64,000 nt of DNA, taken from positions 800,001 through 864,000 of the forward strand of contig CAVQNT010000002.1 in NCBI GenBank assembly GCA_963714275.1, written 5' to 3'. The DNA is from Candidatus Bathyarchaeota archaeon (GTDB lineage: Archaea; Thermoproteota; Bathyarchaeia; Bathyarchaeales; DTEX01). Positions 44,869 through 55,968 of this stretch are shown in pieces. How positions within the stretch are numbered: the stretch's first letter is position 1; every line of letters starts with the position of its first letter. The notes beneath the pieces are model-generated. The model saw only the letters and a program-made list of their open reading frames with translations, did not search any database and was not told where the DNA came from. Both the position numbers and the translations under genes were made by a program.

Positions 44869-45705
44869 TCACCTTAACACATTGAGATCTGCCATAACAT
44901 CCGCGACCTTCTTCGCCTTCTCTTCAGCTGTTCCTTCGACGATTTGTCCCTTCCTTTTCCCCATTGAAGGAGCGTAGACCTTTGCGACCCACGTCGGTGA
45001 ACCCGAAAGACCGAAAAGCTGTTCGTTGGCTAAGCCTGACAGGTCGTTTGCAGTCCAAACTGTAACCTCGGCTTTTCTTGACTTCAGCTTGTCCTTTAGT
45101 GTGGGTAGGCGGGGATTGTTGATGTCTTTGGTTACGGTAATGAGCCCGGGAAAACGCATTTGAACCAAAAGGCAATTTTCGTCCAATCTGGACTTGACAA
45201 CTATTTCTACTGCGTTTACTTTTCGAATTTCCTCGACGTATGCTGCGTGTGGAACGTTGAGAAACTCAGCCACTTCAGGTCCAACTTGCGCCGTGTCTCC
45301 GTCAATGGTTTTCTCTCCGCAAACGACCAAATCAAACGCTTCAATTTTCCTGATTGCGCATGACAAAGTGTAAGAGGTGGCCAACGTGTCTGCCCCAGCG
45401 AACTTCGCGTCAGAAAGAAGAACAGTCCTGTCTGCGCCTCTCGCCAAAGCGTCCCTGAGAGCCTCCTCCGCCTTCGGAGGTCCCATGCTAAGAACGGTTA
45501 CGATGCCACCTGTTTGCTCCTTAATCTGCACAGCTGCCTCCAAAGCGTTCAGGTCGAAAGGATTAATGACGGCGCCTGCGGAACTTCTGTCTAGACGCCC
45601 TTTTTCGTAGTCGAACCTAACTTTCTCGATGTCGGGAACCTGCTTCAAAAGAACGATTATGTTAAGACTTTTCAGCATCGCGTTTTCCACTCGGCAGTTC
45701 TCCAT
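44869..45705 (-). CDS. etfB: Electron transfer flavoprotein beta subunit
   Basis: KQVPD, NPFDLNALE, FAGADTLATS, DGDTAQVGP, GLSGSPT. Confidence 0.92.
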   Translation of the reverse strand: MENCRVENAMLKSLNIIVLLKQVPDIEKVRFDYEKGRLDRSSAGAVINPFDLNALEAAVQIKEQTGGIVTVLSMGPPKAEEALRDALARGADRTVLLSDAKFAGADTLATSYTLSCAIRKIEAFDLVVCGEKTIDGDTAQVGPEVAEFLNVPHAAYVEEIRKVNAVEIVVKSRLDENCLLVQMRFPGLITVTKDINNPRLPTLKDKLKSRKAEVTVWTANDLSGLANEQLFGLSGSPTWVAKVYAPSMGKRKGQIVEGTAEEKAKKVADVMADLNVLR

Positions 45706-45754
45706 TTTTATCTTGACTCAGGCTCGGACTGAATGATTTTGGGTTGATTTTTTG

Positions 45755-47224
45755 TTAGTAAGCTTTCGCTATGTAGACGACTTTCTCGGCTTTTCCTCCA
45801 CAGACAACGCAGTCTGAGTCAGGCTTCTCTTCAACGTCGATTCTGTGCCCCCTGATTTCGCCGCCTGACTCCTCTTTGATGGTTTCAGCGCATCCCACGT
45901 CCTCGCACCAGCAGACTCGAGCAATCTTTCTGTCGTTAATTGCTTTTCTCAGCGAACCCATGTCCCTGACGTTGGTAGTCATCTCCTCAAGGGTTAAACG
46001 GCTTTTCTTTTGCAGATTTTCGGTCAAGGAGCCAAAAATTTCTGTGACAGCGGAGACTGCCTTGTCAAAGTCAACGGAGCTTCTTTTGAGACTGACACGT
46101 TCAGAAATCGTCACGCGCCTCTCTTTCAGGTCCCTCGGTCCCACTTCTACCCTCACTGGAACGCCGAGCATCTCCCAGTGGTAGAACTTTTCTCCCGGCG
46201 TCTTTTCTCCACTATCCATATTGACTCTGAATCCCGCCTTTTTGATGCCTTCGTAGACTTCTTTCGCGTAGGCTTCGACCTTGCCTTCGGATTCTTTGTA
46301 ATGAATTGGAACAACAATAACCTGGACGGGAGCAACCTCCGGGGGCAACACTAAGCCGTGGTCGTCGCCATGCTGACCTATGACAGCAGCTAATACACGG
46401 CTTATGCCAAACCCGTAACAGGTCTGCGAAACGTTCCTCCGCGTTCCCTCGGTGTCTTCATACGTGATTTCGAAGGCTTTAGCAAAATTTTCGCCCAAGT
46501 TGTGAACCGTGCCGATCTGGTTGACCCTTCCGTCAGGGTTCCAAGCGTCAAAGGCAACCGAGTAAACTGCTCCGGCGAACTTGTCGAAGTCGGGACGCTT
46601 AAGCATATAATACGAAAGCCCCAACCGCCCAAAAATGTCAACGTAAATCCTAAGCGCCTCTTTGACTTGCTCTTCAGCTGAACTCCCGTTTTCGTGTGCT
46701 GTGTGAGCTTCGTTCCACAGGAACTCCCTCATCCTCAGCAGTGGGCGTGTTGCCTTGGTTTCGTACCTGTAGACGCATACGCTTTGGTAAATCCTCAGCG
46801 GAAGGTCAGCGTGAGACCTGATCCACTGGGCGAACATGGGGTACATGGCGGTTTCAGAAGTCGGTCTCAGCAGCATTCTTCTTTCGAGCTTCCTTTTTCC
46901 AGCACTCGTTATCCAGAAAACTTCAGCGGTGAAGCCTTCGATGTGTTCAGCTTCCTTGGCGAAATCATCTTCCGATATGGTTACTGGAAAAAGCATCGGG
47001 TCGTGGCTTGTTGCGTCAAGCTGGTCTTCAAGCATATTGGTTATTTTTTTTGTTATTTTTGCTCCCCACGATTTGTACACGGCGAAGCCTTTGACGGGGT
47101 ACCTGTTGTCCATAATTTCCGCTTTGAACAGCGTATCGTCGAACCACGTGCTGAAGTCTTGAAACTTCTTCATCGAACCAGCCATCCTTAAAGAGAATCT
47201 TTTTTTCAGACTCGTCCGATTCAC
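45755..47224 (-). CDS. proS: Prolyl-tRNA synthetase (archaeal/eukaryotic type)
   Basis: RYPVKG, LRPTSET, YRYETKATRPLLR.REF, QTCYG, C-terminal AKAY. Confidence 0.95.
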   Translation of the reverse strand: MNRTSLKKRFSLRMAGSMKKFQDFSTWFDDTLFKAEIMDNRYPVKGFAVYKSWGAKITKKITNMLEDQLDATSHDPMLFPVTISEDDFAKEAEHIEGFTAEVFWITSAGKRKLERRMLLRPTSETAMYPMFAQWIRSHADLPLRIYQSVCVYRYETKATRPLLRMREFLWNEAHTAHENGSSAEEQVKEALRIYVDIFGRLGLSYYMLKRPDFDKFAGAVYSVAFDAWNPDGRVNQIGTVHNLGENFAKAFEITYEDTEGTRRNVSQTCYGFGISRVLAAVIGQHGDDHGLVLPPEVAPVQVIVVPIHYKESEGKVEAYAKEVYEGIKKAGFRVNMDSGEKTPGEKFYHWEMLGVPVRVEVGPRDLKERRVTISERVSLKRSSVDFDKAVSAVTEIFGSLTENLQKKSRLTLEEMTTNVRDMGSLRKAINDRKIARVCWCEDVGCAETIKEESGGEIRGHRIDVEEKPDSDCVVCGGKAEKVVYIAKAY

Positions 47225-47343
47225 TCATTGAGGTGAGACTTAATAAATCTTTTATTTCAGTTGACCGTAATTCCAAAAAAATCATCAAAATTGGTTAGGT
47301 AAGCATATTTACCAGTTTCCCATGATTATAGAAGTGATGGACT

Positions 47344-47754
47344 ATGACTCTGGATTACGAGAAAATACTTGACGAAGCTTACGGTGAGCTGCCGCAGGAA
47401 GCTCCAAAACATGAACGGTTCGAGGTTCCCCGGCCAATCTGCACCACTTTCGGCGCAAGAACAATTTTCCAAAACTTCAAAGAAGCCTGCGACATACTGA
47501 ACAGGGACCCAGTTCACGTGTTAAGGTTCCTTTCCAAGGAATTGGCGACTGCTGGAATAATGGATGGCAACAGAGCGATTTTTCATGGGAAATTCGGGAC
47601 TGACACGTTCGGTGGATTGCTGAAAAGGTACGTGGACGGGTTTATCATGTGTCCAGTGTGTAAAAGACCTGACACAAAAATCGTGAGGGAAAAACGACTT
47701 TACTTCCTCGTATGCGAAGCGTGCGGAGCCAGGTCATCCGTTAAACCCGCGTAA
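47344..47754 (+). CDS. eif2b: Translation initiation factor aIF2 beta
   Basis: ERFEVP, NRDP, ELATAG, CPVCKRPDT, CEACGA. Confidence 0.95.
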   Translation: MTLDYEKILDEAYGELPQEAPKHERFEVPRPICTTFGARTIFQNFKEACDILNRDPVHVLRFLSKELATAGIMDGNRAIFHGKFGTDTFGGLLKRYVDGFIMCPVCKRPDTKIVREKRLYFLVCEACGARSSVKPA

Positions 47755-47782
47755 GGCAGAGAACGAAGCGGAAGCGCCGAAC

Positions 47783-48079
47783 TTGGAAGCCTATGTCAAC
47801 CTGCGGAAGTGGGGCAGACAAGTTCTTCTAGCCATTTGCGACGCCGAGATTTTGGGAAAAACCTTTCAAGAGGCAGGCGTGGCTTTTGAGGTTAAAGAAG
47901 ACTTTTATAAGGGTGTCAAGACAAGCATCGACGAAGCTTTGAACCTCGTTAAGCAATCCACAATAGTCAACCTCGTTGGAAGCAATGTCGTCAAAAAAGC
48001 CATCGAAAAAGGCTACGTCCACCCTGAAGCCGTAATCACAATCTGCGGCGTCCTCCACGCACAAATAGTGAAAATGTAA
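47783..48079 (+). CDS. DUF424 family protein
   Basis: LAICDAEILGK, FYKG, NLVG, HAQ. Confidence 0.85.
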   Translation: MEAYVNLRKWGRQVLLAICDAEILGKTFQEAGVAFEVKEDFYKGVKTSIDEALNLVKQSTIVNLVGSNVVKKAIEKGYVHPEAVITICGVLHAQIVKM

Positions 48080-48208
48080 AAAAGCACAGGAACCATTCAA
48101 CCGTTGAACTAAGTAAGAAACAAAAAACAGAAAGTTTCCGAAAGGAATATTAAAAGAAACAGAACCAAAAGGTTCTATAAAACCCGCAACTACAGTTTAT
48201 GTCAAAGC

Positions 48209-48284
48209 GCCGGGGTGGCCGAGCGGTTTAGGCGGCGGGCTGCAGACTCGCTGTACATGGGTTCAAATCCCATCCCCGGCTCCA
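48209..48284 (+). tRNA. tRNA-Cys(GCA), encoded CCA
   Basis: GCCGGGG/CCCCGGC acceptor, U73, anticodon arm GCGGG-CTGCAGA-CTCGC, GGTTCAAATCC. Confidence 0.95.
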
Positions 48285-48364
48285 TGGATTAAACTTATAA
48301 GCTTGCTTTTTTTGGGATATTTTGAGTTTTCCGCTTCGCGGATGTTTCTCGAATCTTGATTCAA

Positions 48365-49024
48365 TCAGGGTGCTTGCGAGGTGAGTGGTTGACCGATTAT
48401 CGTGAGGAGGCTTTTGGACATCCTTCCGTTTTTCACGAGCTCGTAACCAGCTTGTCTTGCTGCCTGAAAGATTTCCTCGGCTTTTTCTGGGTTCTCTTCC
48501 ATATATTGAGAGTGGGGTCTGAGTAGTGCTCCTGAGAACTCAACGTTACAGTCCTTCGCCAGTTCCTTTACAATCCTAAGGACAGTTCCGAAGTTGCCCA
48601 TTTCCCACCAGCCACTCGAAGCCACAAGCACAATTTTGCTGATCTTGACATCAGAGCGGAACCTCGCGCGTGTGCGACCATTTTGCCGTTTGAGAACTGG
48701 GTCAATAAGGGGGACAAGCCTATTGATAAGGTTCTGTATTTCACCGGGCAAAGGGACATAGACGGGTGTGGCCAGCACGAGAATGTCTGCTTCGCGCAAC
48801 TTTGGATAAAGGGACTGCATGCTGTCGTTAATGTAGCATTCACTGGGCTTCTTGTTCCAGCAGTAAAGGTCTCCGTCGCAGGGCTTGATATTTAGGCGCC
48901 TCGCATAAAACAGTTCAACCGTCACTCCAGCCTTCTGCATGCCTTCGAGAAAGGGCGTCAGAATCTTTGCAGTCCTACCCTTCTCCATCTTCGGGCTACC
49001 ATTTATGGCTACTACGTTGGTCAA
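48365..49024 (-). CDS. Flavodoxin family / NADPH-dependent FMN reductase
   Basis: INGSP, IKPC.G...CW, C...D.M, ATPVY. Confidence 0.85.
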   Translation of the reverse strand: MTNVVAINGSPKMEKGRTAKILTPFLEGMQKAGVTVELFYARRLNIKPCDGDLYCWNKKPSECYINDSMQSLYPKLREADILVLATPVYVPLPGEIQNLINRLVPLIDPVLKRQNGRTRARFRSDVKISKIVLVASSGWWEMGNFGTVLRIVKELAKDCNVEFSGALLRPHSQYMEENPEKAEEIFQAARQAGYELVKNGRMSKSLLTIIGQPLTSQAP

Positions 49025-49270
49025 AACGAATCTCCTCTTTTCAAAGAAGATTGTTTCATGTATATTTATTGATTATCTCTTCACGGCCAGGGCTAAAGAA
49101 AAAGGGAATGTTAAGGTTTAGTTAGCTAGCAGTTTACTCGCAGTCATTATGTGTTACTTCACTAATTCAAGATTCTTTGGTAACTCTAAGTTCATATGTG
49201 CGACTATTAAAATTTAGAAAGTTCCCTGACTCAATACTAAAAAAATAAAAAGGGGAGAGAGTGGGCTATT

Positions 49271-51448
49271 TTATGCCACTTTCTTTTGTAGGGTTATTAC
49301 TGCTACGATTGATGCTAGTGCTGCGATGAGTGATAGGACTATTGCTCCGTAAACGGCTGTTGAGATTGTCGAAGTCGTGGCAGAAGCTGCTTCGGCAGCT
49401 GTTTTGGCAGCTGTTGCAGCTGTGGATGCTACTGAAGCTGCGGAGGCTGCGGTTGCAGCTTGAGTGGAAGCGGTTTGAGCATAGGTTTCGATGCTTACTA
49501 GTCGTGTGGATAATCCGCTTATTTGAGTTGTTAACGCAGACTGGGCGTCAGCAACTGCGGTCTGGATTGCAGTTAATTGGGTCTTTAGGGATGGTAAGCC
49601 GGTGCTGGTGCTATTGACGTAGGATTTTAAGCTGTTTAATGTAGTATCAATAGCGGTGAGCTTGTCCAAGATTACATTTTCTGCTTCTCCGACAACTGTA
49701 AACAGCTTATACGAATCAAGTGTAGGAAGTACGCTTGATACTCCCATCTTATAGAGCGCTATGACGTGTGCGCCTGGATTGAAGCCAGCGCCAATTACTA
49801 TCTTAAATGCTGACAGTTCTCCTTTGCTGGAGCCCATGAAGTATTTCGGGTAACCAGACGAGGAGTTGGTAAAGAAGTCCTTGGAATAGTCTACGCATAG
49901 GTCGTAGTAAGCAGGATACGCTAAGCCTGTTCCTGTTATAGTTACCTCAGTTCCGTTGTTTATAGGTGAAGCGGGTGAGATGGTTAACAGAATCGTTACG
50001 GTAAAGGTAGCATTAGAGTATGTTTGAAGTATTCATTTGTGACAGCACTGACATCGTGGTCTCCTCCCACAGTAGTAGGAACAGTGAATGCAGGTGAAAC
50101 GAACTGGCCATTTGCGCCTGTGTAAACTTTGTATACCAAATTCGAATTTGTAGTCTTTGCAAGAGCATCGGTGTAATCCCATATAATGGTTACATTATTA
50201 TCATTTGTATATGGGAATCCGTATCCAGAAGCAACAACAGATGTGCCAATTGGTCCACTTGAGGGGGTAAGGATTAAGGTTGGTACCACAGTTACCGTTG
50301 CGTTCATGTTGTAGGTAAGGTCGACTAACGTTATTGTGTGTATGCCCATCTGCGATACGGGTACTGTAACGCTGACGTTGAAGAATCCAGTTACACTATT
50401 CACGGTAATACCAGATATGAGTGTTACTTGTGTTGATGCCCCATAATCCCAATACAGAGCAGCTGTACCGCCAGGGTTGGTGAAGTTGACTGATACATAG
50501 ATGACTGCACTAACTTTGACGCTGCCATCAACATAACCGTTACCTTGTGCGCCACCCATGCCAAGGTAAGTATTTACTTGTAGCCACCTTCTTTCGTTCT
50601 CAGTATATGTCTTTGTGGCGAGAATACTTACAGTTCCATTATAGTAGGCGTTCACGTATTTTGTCGTTTCAGCGTTGAATAACTTACTCTCTGCAACGAC
50701 GAATGTAGCAGTAAAGGTTCCATTCGTGTATGGTGTTATGAGTGGAATAACTACTGGTGTTGTACGCTGAATTGGAATTAGCATAAGATACATTCAGTTT
50801 CTTTGTGTTGTCCCAAGCCATACCCTTGACTGTAACTGTTGTTCCTACTGGTCCAGAGGATGGAGTGATTGTTATTGATTCGTAGGGTTTCCATTGGTTC
50901 ACTGAGACCGCAACATCACTTGATGGTATGCTCGCTGAAGGTAAGACGTCAACTATCTTTATGTAGTAATTGACGCCTCTTGGTACAGTACTTCCAGCTG
51001 GTAAGGGTCCAATTATCAAGTTGTTGCCAAGCCAGAACCTCTGACCAGATTTGGCGTCAGTTGTTTTTGAATAATTGCCCGATGGTACTGAAGCTATAAT
51101 ACTGCTGAGTGCAAACGGACCTGCATACCATACATCACCGGGATCTATGGTAGCTCCGCCTGTTTCAGATATGTAAAGCCAGACTTGTGCACCAGTTATT
51201 GTCATGCCTGTTATGTTAATAGCTACAAGATCTCCTGAATCATAAGAGTTAATGTGTGTTTGTATAACACTACCGGTAGCATAACCGCCAGGAACAAGGG
51301 AATTCCAAGCATTTTCTGTATGAGAAGTTACTTTAAGGAGCGTTGGTTTGCCAGTTATCGTTGCCGATACTGGTATTATGGAAAGTAATGGTAATGCCAT
51401 CATTAGTACAACAATAAGTGTAGCAAATACTCTAGATTTCTTTTGCAT
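49271..51448 (-). CDS. S-layer-like cell-surface protein with Ig-like repeats, coiled coil and C-terminal TM anchor; two frameshifts
   Basis: Signal peptide, repeated TPSSGP(V/I)GT, Thr/Asn-rich, Ala-rich coil, TM followed by QKKVA. Confidence 0.75.
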
Positions 51449-51715
51449 TTTTCATTTTCCTTCTTTTAGTTTGTAGTAGAACTGTCTTCTAGATTGGATA
51501 TTTATATGTTGTGTTAACAATCTGTTGCGTTTTGTCTACAACAATCTTAGCCAACACAATATAATAATACAATAATATATCCGATAATGATATGCCGATA
51601 TAGAATCAACTAAAAACAGAGGAACATAATCCATCACCTCGACCCTCATTAACAATCTCACTCAGAAGACGGCACCGAAAATGTGGGGGGCGAATGTATC
51701 ACATGATAAGCCATA

Positions 51716-52291
51716 TTAAGAAAATTTCAGGCGAATAATTCCTTTAAAGCATTTTTTTTCTTGAGTCTTATATCCCATTGAGTGCATTGCTCCTTCTATG
51801 AAGTTCTGCAGCAGAAGCGACCTTTCTTGAGAGGTGAAGGCTGAGATACATCTAAACTGAACCGTTTCTTTATCGTGTTTCATGGTTACCTCGTTTAGGT
51901 CCCATCTGCCTTCCTGCAACAACCTTAGAAAAATTTCAAGCGGTCTTTCGAACTTTTCTTTCAAATATATTCCGTACCATTTACCTGCATTATACCACAG
52001 CTGCTGCAGCTCCTCGCCTTTTTCGCTGAATGTTTTCAGTATTAGATAGTCCAAAATATATCTAGGCGTGTAAATGGTGCCTGCTTCCTTAGGTACTTCG
52101 AGAATCTCGTAGATGTCCAGAATCTCCTTAAGGTTTCGCTTCAGATCATAAGCCCGTACTGCCTGCTCAAAAATTTCAGAAACATAACTGTATAGGGTTT
52201 TTCTTTGACGGCTTGCATCCTGACTTAGCCTTTTAACTAGATTACTGGGTACCCTTATGAGCTTCTGCTTCTTTGAATCAGGTTCAGACAT
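51716..52291 (-). CDS. Putative regulator: RHH-like N-terminus plus V4R-like C-terminus
   Basis: KLIRVPSNLV...TLYSYVSEIFEQA; WYNAGKWYG; FIEGAMHSMGY. Confidence 0.6.
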   Translation of the reverse strand: MSEPDSKKQKLIRVPSNLVKRLSQDASRQRKTLYSYVSEIFEQAVRAYDLKRNLKEILDIYEILEVPKEAGTIYTPRYILDYLILKTFSEKGEELQQLWYNAGKWYGIYLKEKFERPLEIFLRLLQEGRWDLNEVTMKHDKETVQFRCISAFTSQERSLLLQNFIEGAMHSMGYKTQEKKCFKGIIRLKFS

Positions 52292-52848
52292 TACTTATCC
52301 GACGACTTCAAAAATTTTAAGTTAATAATGCCCCTAGAAACCTCGCTTTGAATTAGGCCATATCCAAGTGCGTTTAAGGCGCCCTCCAAAAACTTACTGA
52401 AGATTTCTGTGTATGTTGCTGAGAACTTTGAACTTAGGCAGGTAAGAACTGCGTTCTTGCCATCCTCTGAAATCTTGAATTCGGAAATATCCCAAAAATA
52501 CCTTTTGACTGCAGTTTCGAATTTTTTCAATTCTTCGTAATAGTGTCCATACCACTGTCCAGTTTCGTACCAAAGAGCCGTCATTTTTTCTTTGCCTACG
52601 CGTTTTTTTGAAACCTCAGCCAAATCATATACTATCTTCTCTGGAACTACTATAAACCCAGCGTCTCTCGCTGTTTTAATCATCCACCTGTCGTCAAGAA
52701 CGTCCTTAAACGTTAAGCCTAACTCCTCAGCTCTGATAGCTTGCTCAAAAATGTCATTCACGTAGTCGTAAAGTGTCCCTCTTCGAGCTGAAATCATGGA
52801 AATTTTATCAGCTAAATCTAATCTGACCCACAGAACCTTTCTTTTCAT
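52291..52848 (-). CDS. Paralogous putative regulator (RHH-like plus V4R-like)
   Basis: KVLWVRLDL...TLYDYVNDIFEQA; WYETGQWYG; FLEGALNALGY. Confidence 0.6.
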   Translation of the reverse strand: MKRKVLWVRLDLADKISMISARRGTLYDYVNDIFEQAIRAEELGLTFKDVLDDRWMIKTARDAGFIVVPEKIVYDLAEVSKKRVGKEKMTALWYETGQWYGHYYEELKKFETAVKRYFWDISEFKISEDGKNAVLTCLSSKFSATYTEIFSKFLEGALNALGYGLIQSEVSRGIINLKFLKSSDK

Positions 52849-53186
52849 ATATCAAACAATCCTCCAGCAACCCTTCAACTTAAACTCAACAACAGCAAAT
52901 ACTAAGATAATAATTTACCACTTTTATAATTTACCAGTGATACGAACAATAAAACAACTTAAGAGAGAAGTAAATCTTTCCAAAAAATCCAACAAACACA
53001 GCAAAATAAGTAACCAGAAAAATTTAAATATGCAAACTCGAATCATTAAGCGCCTACTTGGAATCGGTGAAAATACGATGTCCCTTAGAAACCAGCATTA
53101 GGAACAAGTAAATAGATTTTTTTAGTTCCAAGTGATGTTTAGGCTGGCTGTAGGCGTTATAAAAAATTTTAAAGGAGGATTACTCC

Positions 53187-54182
53187 TTGGACTACGCTGT
53201 TGAAACCTTTCAGATTTCAAAAATATTCGAATCAAAAGAAAAAGGCCAAAAACGGTCGGTTAGGGCAGTTGACCGAGTAGACATCAAAGTCAAGAAGGGA
53301 GAATTCTTCGGTCTCTTAGGCCCTAATGGCGCTGGAAAAACGACGTTAATAAAAATTTTGTGCACCATAATTCTTCCAGACGAAGGCACAGCGAAAGTCA
53401 ACGGATACGACATTCTGAAACAATCATACGATGCGAGAAGCAGCTTCGGATGGTTCCACGGCGAAACAGGCGGCAGATCATTGTACTGGAGACTTAGCGC
53501 TGAGGACAACCTTAGGTTTTACGCTTATCTTCAGAATGTTCCCAGAGAGGTTGCTGACAAAAGGATCGATGCGCTTTTAGAGTTTTTCGAGCTAACCGAG
53601 GAACGAAAAAGCTGAGTCAAGGAATACTCAACCGGAATGAAGGTCAAAGTCATGCTTACCAGGGCACTGCTTCACAATCCTCCGATTCTATTTATGGACG
53701 AACCCACAATCGGGTTGGACACAATAAGCGCTGTGGACACTCGAAAATTGCTGAAAGCCCTCAACACTGAACTTGGAAAGACGATTATCTTCACTAGCCA
53801 CAACATGTTCGAAGTTGAGCAGCTCTGCGATAGGGTTGCAATAATGAGGAAAGGCAAGATAATAGCTGACTCCTCGCCTTCCCAGCTTAGGGAAACGTTG
53901 AGAGACATAAGAGCCGTCGAGGTCGAAGTTAGAGACAATATTGACATAAAGAAAATCGCTGAAAACCTTGCCAACATGCCTATTGTCGTAAAAATTCTAG
54001 AGACAGAAAACAACGCTTCCTCCGGCGTGATTCGACTTCAAGTCGAAAACGAGTACGAGGCAATTCCCATCATAGCGGAAAAAATCCGCTCTTTAGGAAT
54101 CAAAGTTTCAGCGATACGGCAGTCTGAACCGTCGTTCGAAGACATCTTCGTTAAACTGACCAGAGAGGAAGAGAACCCTTGA
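53187..54182 (+). CDS. ABC transporter ATP-binding protein; frameshift near 53615
   Basis: GPNGAGKTT, YSTGM, MDEPTIGLD, TSH. Confidence 0.9.
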
Positions 54183-55061
54183 AAATTGAGCAGATAGTTG
54201 ACCTTTTCAGGGAAGAGTTTCCACGCCCCTCATCGGAGTTGACACACACATGGGCTGTCTTCTGGGCTAACTTCAAAATTTTCCTCTCCTACAAGACATG
54301 GGTAATCACTGAAACCTTAAGCACAGTGGCCTCAATCGCAATGTACTCGTTCATGGGGCTGCAGGTCGATGCCAACAGGTTCTTCTCAGTCGGATACGGA
54401 GACACCACCTGGCTGGCATTCGCCATCATCGGTATCGCGACAGCTAACTATCTTTGGATGTGCATCAGCCGAATAAGCCATTCGCTTCAGCACGAGGTTG
54501 CGGAGGGAACCTTAGAACCCATAGTTTCCTCGATGATTAAGTCTGAGGTCATACATAATCGGCCAGTCCATCCGAGGCTTCCTCGTGAGCTCATATTTCA
54601 TGTTTGGAGCTTTGCTGATAGGAGTTTTCGTCCTGAATGTACCTATGGTAACAACGGTTGAAACCGTCTTCTCCTTCATCGTAATTCTGATCATGATGAT
54701 CGTTAGTGACGCAGGCATCGGAATAATGGCAGCAGGAATAATCTTGGTCTATAAAAAAGGAGACCCAATGACCTTCCTTCTAGCAAGCATAACAGAGTTT
54801 CTTGGAGGCGTGCTTTTTCCACTCAACTACCTACAGGGCTACCCGATTCTCTACGGAATGGCTTGGGCTATGCCATACACTTATGCCTTGGACGCGGCGC
54901 GAAGAGTCCTCCTTACTGGCGCAACATTAACGACGCCTCCTGTCTTAAGCGATCTCATTATTCTCGTGATCTTCACGTTTGTTTTTCTACCAGTTGGTTT
55001 ACGGGTTTTCAGGTGGGGGATGGACAGGATAAGAAGAGAAGGAACCGTGGCGACATACTAG
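54179..55061 (+). CDS. ABC-2 permease; frameshift near 54542
   Basis: EGTLE, GGVLFPL, PYTYALDAAR. Confidence 0.85.
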
Positions 55062-55067
55062 GAGCAT

Positions 55068-55949
55068 TTGACGATGGACCCCAAAAAACTGATTGACCTC
55101 ATGTCCGCGAAGACTCTGCTCAGGAAGAACCCGGTCCATCGGGTAGTGTCCTCGTTCATTGTTAGGGACTTCAGGATTTGGTGGACCTACAGGTTCTGGA
55201 TTACGCTTGACATCACAGGTAATCTGCTGTTTGTAGCGACCTATTACTTATTCTCGTTAATTACGTCTTCACAACAGGTTCAAGACGCAGGATACGTAAC
55301 AGGCGGCTACTTCACCTTCGCTTTAATCGGCATAGCCTTCCAACAGTATGTCTTCTTTGCTGTTCAGAGTATAAACCAAAGCGTCAGAGAGGAACAGGTT
55401 AATGGCACAATGGAAACAGTACTTTCATCCGCAACCGATTTCAAAGTGTTTCTTCTCGGCGAGACCTGTTTCTTCTTCATAATTTGTTCAGCTTTCCTTT
55501 TCATCTCGTTCTTTGCCGGGTACCTTCTGGGAGCAACCTTCACATTGAGCATCGCATCTGTGCTTTCAACCATTCTACTTTCAGCGTTGTTAATTGCTAG
55601 TCACATGGCGATTGGAGTACTGAGCGCAGGGGTCATAATGAAGACAAAACAGGGAAATCCATTGACGTGGGTGTTCTCTTGGATGACCCAGCTTGTTTCA
55701 GGCGTCTTTTATCCACTGAAGCTTCTTCCATGGTATCTTGAATGGATCGGCAAAATCTTTCCCTTAACCTATTCTCTCGACGGAATTAGGCTGTGCCTTC
55801 AAGGAGACCAAAACCTTGCGTCACCAGTGGTCCTAAGCGACACTATTAGCCTCTTCATTTTCACAGTCATAGCAACGCCAATCGCGCTTTACGTTTTCAA
55901 AATAGGATACGACGCTGCGAGAAAAGATGGCTCTCTCGGACAATTCTGA
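55068..55949 (+). CDS. ABC-2 permease
   Basis: GTME, SGVFYPL, PLTYSLDGIR. Confidence 0.85.
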   Translation: MTMDPKKLIDLMSAKTLLRKNPVHRVVSSFIVRDFRIWWTYRFWITLDITGNLLFVATYYLFSLITSSQQVQDAGYVTGGYFTFALIGIAFQQYVFFAVQSINQSVREEQVNGTMETVLSSATDFKVFLLGETCFFFIICSAFLFISFFAGYLLGATFTLSIASVLSTILLSALLIASHMAIGVLSAGVIMKTKQGNPLTWVFSWMTQLVSGVFYPLKLLPWYLEWIGKIFPLTYSLDGIRLCLQGDQNLASPVVLSDTISLFIFTVIATPIALYVFKIGYDAARKDGSLGQF

Positions 55950-55968
55950 TTTTTGTAAAGATATTTCC

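Noticed and set aside
31867-48284. Large island between tRNA-Ser and tRNA-Cys, which share GCCGGGGTGGCCGAG
   Set aside because: The similarity is ordinary tRNA conservation, the copies are inverted, and the interval holds core genes.
49330-49560. Tandem GCT/GCA-rich DNA repeats
   Set aside because: They simply encode the Ala/Thr-rich coiled-coil stalk of the surface protein.
52796-53101. 101-aa ORF
   Set aside because: AT-rich divergent promoter region overlapping an antisense gene start; no recognisable motifs.
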